Shown here: positions 60,564 through 64,000 of the stretch, piece by piece | Layout of the letters: each line of letters starts with the position of its first letter | Numbering within the stretch: position 1 is the stretch's first letter | Origin: an uncultured Verrucomicrobiae bacterium | GTDB taxonomy: Bacteria > Verrucomicrobiota > Verrucomicrobiia > Chthoniobacterales > UBA10450 | Assembly: GCA_963801815.1 (NCBI GenBank) | Contig: CAWDGJ010000002.1 | Coordinates: 64,001 to 128,000, forward strand | Direction of reading: 5' to 3' | Length of the DNA: 64,000 nucleotides | Notes under the pieces: generated by a model | Told to the model about the DNA's origin: nothing | Seen by the model: the letters and a program-made list of their open reading frames with translations, nothing else | The model's database searches: none | Position numbers and translations under genes: made by a program

Positions 60564-61466
60564 CTATTTCTGGACGGCGTAATTGAGCGCCGCGTTCAGA
60601 TCGAACTTTTTCAATCTCGCGCGCAGGTCGGGGTCGTTTGCAGCGTCAATGACCCTGTGGTCCTGGATCAATTCGAGCAGCTGGCCCTGGTTAAGCATCT
60701 GCGCGATTTCCTGATCGTTGCGGAGCGCAATGATCTTGGGGTGCTCGCTCAATTCCTTGGCACCCGGATATTCCAGAAAGCGTTCCGCCGCCTGAGGATT
60801 GGACGCGATTCCGCCGAGCTTCTCGATGAAATCGTAAGTTTGTTGCGGAACGACATCGACCTTTTTGACCGCATTGCCGATCACTCCCATTTCCACCGAA
60901 TTTTTCAGCCGCGCCAGCGATGTAGTTAGCGGCGCTTCATCTTCACTTTGTTCCGAAAAAATTCGGCGCCGCACATCGACCGCGTGAAGCACGCTTGAAT
61001 CGTTTGCCTGTGCCCGCACCTCCGCGTCCGCGACCGATCCAATCGACCGGATCCCGACCACGATCAACCAAACCCAAAAGCAACCAAAGAAAACACCAAG
61101 CAGCGCACCGGTCGACCCGTACAGGATTCGAACAATTAAGGTATCGTGCTGACTGGTTCGCCGAAACAGAGCCGAGCCCGTTCCGCTAATGACGGCATAA
61201 ATGATCAGCGCGAACAGTGCGCCGGCGCAGATCGACAACAGCGCATCAGGCAATCTTACGAACATCCCCAGGAGTGGCCCGAAAAATTTGGTCGCGAACC
61301 AGCCTGCGAAGTAAGCGGCGATCAGCGCCCCAATTCTTGCGACCTGTCGCGGCAAACCACGCCGCCAACCGCGCAGCACCTCGAACACAATCAAAACGAA
61401 CGCGAAAGAAACGAAAACGATTTGCCAAAGCGGCGAACCGGCTGCGGACTGGATTTGCGACATCAT
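60564..61466 (-). CDS. CvpA-family membrane protein
   Basis: RGWRRGL after the first TM; four TMs, GALLG; soluble C-terminal tail. Confidence 0.7.
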   Translation of the reverse strand: MMSQIQSAAGSPLWQIVFVSFAFVLIVFEVLRGWRRGLPRQVARIGALIAAYFAGWFATKFFGPLLGMFVRLPDALLSICAGALFALIIYAVISGTGSALFRRTSQHDTLIVRILYGSTGALLGVFFGCFWVWLIVVGIRSIGSVADAEVRAQANDSSVLHAVDVRRRIFSEQSEDEAPLTTSLARLKNSVEMGVIGNAVKKVDVVPQQTYDFIEKLGGIASNPQAAERFLEYPGAKELSEHPKIIALRNDQEIAQMLNQGQLLELIQDHRVIDAANDPDLRARLKKFDLNAALNYAVQK

Positions 61467-61478
61467 TTCTCTGAAACA

Positions 61479-62558
61479 CTAATAGCGCGCTGGCGCAGCG
61501 CATGATCGCACAGAACCAGCGCAGCCATGGCTTCGACCATCGGCACCGCGCGGGGCAACACGCAAGGATCGTGACGTCCGCGGGCGGCCAGTTCGGTTTG
61601 TTCGACGTGATGCTGTCACGGTCTTCTGTTCGCGCGCGATCGTGGCGGTTGGCTTGAATGCCACGCGGAAGTAAATGTCTTCTCCGTTCGAGATCCCGCC
61701 CTGAATACCTCCGGAATAATTTGTCGACCGTCCGAACCTTGCCTCCGCGCATTTCAAACGGATCGTTGTGCTCCGAGCCACGCATTCGCGTCGCGGCAAA
61801 TCCGGAACCGATTTCAAAACCTTTCGTCGCCGGCAGACTCAACATCGCCTTGGCCAGATCGGCTTCGAGCTTGTCGAAGACCGGTTCGCCCAGTCCAGCC
61901 GGCGCGTTCCGCACAACACACTCGATTATTCCGCCTAACGAATCGCCTTCAGCGCGGGTTTTCTCGATCAACGAAATCATTTTCTGTCGCCGCCGCTTCA
62001 TCCGGACAGCGGACAATGTTCGCATCGACATCCGTAATTTTCACCTTCGACCGGTCGACCTTCGCCGCCAGCTCGTGGATTTGGGCGACGTAAGCCACGA
62101 CGTCGATCTTCGGATACAGCGTGCGCAATACTCTTCGCGCAATCGCGCCGGCCGCGACGCGACCAATCGTTTCGCGCGCGGAAGCGCGTCCGCCGCCCTG
62201 CCAGTTTCGAATTCCATACTTCGCCTCGTAGGTGAAATCGGCGTGCGAGGGCCGAAACGTCTTCGCCATCGCGGCGTAGTCTTCCGGCCGCGCGTCTTTG
62301 TTGCGAACCAGAATTGCGATCGGCGTGCCGAGCGTTTTGCCTTCAAAGACGCCGGAAAGAATTTCGCAACGATCTTCTTCCTGGCGTTGCGTCGTGATTT
62401 TGCTTTGGCCGGGGCGACGCCGAGTCGAGCTCGCGCTGAATCTCGGCTTCCGAGATGTCGATCTTCGGCGGGCAACCATCGATCACCACACCGATGCCGC
62501 CGCCGTGCGATTCGCCAAAGGTCGTGATCCGAAAAAGTTGGCCGAAAGTGTTGCCCAT
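61479..62558 (-). CDS. aroC: Chorismate synthase (multiple apparent frameshifts)
   Basis: [54 protein letters not shown]. Confidence 0.94.
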
Positions 62559-62597
62559 TGAAGCGAAGAAAGTAAGCCAAACGACAGAAAGCGCGAG

Positions 62598-62679
62598 ATG
62601 GATCGAGCGCTCCGTGCTCGATGTTATTTTAGGCTGCGCAGCTGCATTTTAGCATCGCCCGTGGAGCGGCCGATCCACC
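62598..62679. repeat. GTGG-type REP-like doublet
   Basis: ATGGATCGAGCGCTCCGTGCTCGAT .. ATCGCCCGTGGAGCGGCCGATCCACC. Confidence 0.75.
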
Positions 62680-62681
62680 TA

Positions 62682-63849
<1,168 letters not shown>

Positions 63850-63874
63850 GCGGACGTAATCTAGCCGCAAATAA

Positions 63875-63931
63875 GGTGGAACGCGATCTCCTAGCGGCGT
63901 TACCAATCGAGCTCGGAGAGCTCGATCCACC
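63875..63931. repeat. GTGG-type REP-like doublet
   Basis: GGTGGAACGCG..GCGTT .. ATCGAGCTCGGAGAGCTCGATCCACC; the right arm is nearly identical (inverted) to 62598-62622. Confidence 0.75.
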
Positions 63932-64000
63932 TCAAGAAAACTCGCGCTCTTTCGGTGCGACGGACTTCGGCATGTTCAGCCGCAGATAGGAAAGCAAATC
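63932..64000 (-). CDS. 3' end of upstream gene, possibly cystathionine beta-synthase
   Basis: DLLSYLRLNMPKSVAPKEREFS*; resembles the end of a CBS domain and lies in the usual position upstream of the gamma-lyase. Confidence 0.45.
   Translation of the reverse strand, partial: DLLSYLRLNMPKSVAPKEREFS

Overview
A mostly housekeeping chromosomal segment from a moderately GC-rich bacterium. Gene content and repeat style suggest a soil Verrucomicrobiota (Chthoniobacterales-like) genome; this is an inference. It contains the recN 3' end, satP, an spmA/B fusion, two PilT-family ATPases, creD, an ABC permease, aat, guaA, rfbB/rfbD, argCJBDF, floA, amtB, an ECF sigma/anti-sigma/PDZ cluster, a GH18-deacetylase-GT2 plus GH26 pair, glycerate kinase, gatB, aroC, transsulfuration genes and three tRNAs (Phe-GAA, Leu-GAG, Leu-CAA). 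Accessory genes include a PIG-G/PIG-O-like ethanolamine-phosphate transferase behind tRNA-Phe, two large secreted repeat proteins after guaA, and a GxxExxY nuclease-like gene. Many genes beyond about 32 kb carry small indels, which I read as sequencing or consensus errors. The most striking signal is a dense set of tiny repeat elements: GTAG/GTGG REP-like hairpins, 7-mer tandem or inverted arrays, and 9-bp-period CAC inverted arrays. These elements (i) sit in-frame inside housekeeping enzymes, including an identical 33-bp palindrome in argJ and glycerate kinase in opposite orientations, (ii) repeatedly overlap or supply stop and start codons, and (iii) bracket the GxxExxY gene like the ends of a mobile element, with apparently empty copies elsewhere. 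No transposase, integrase or CRISPR array was seen.
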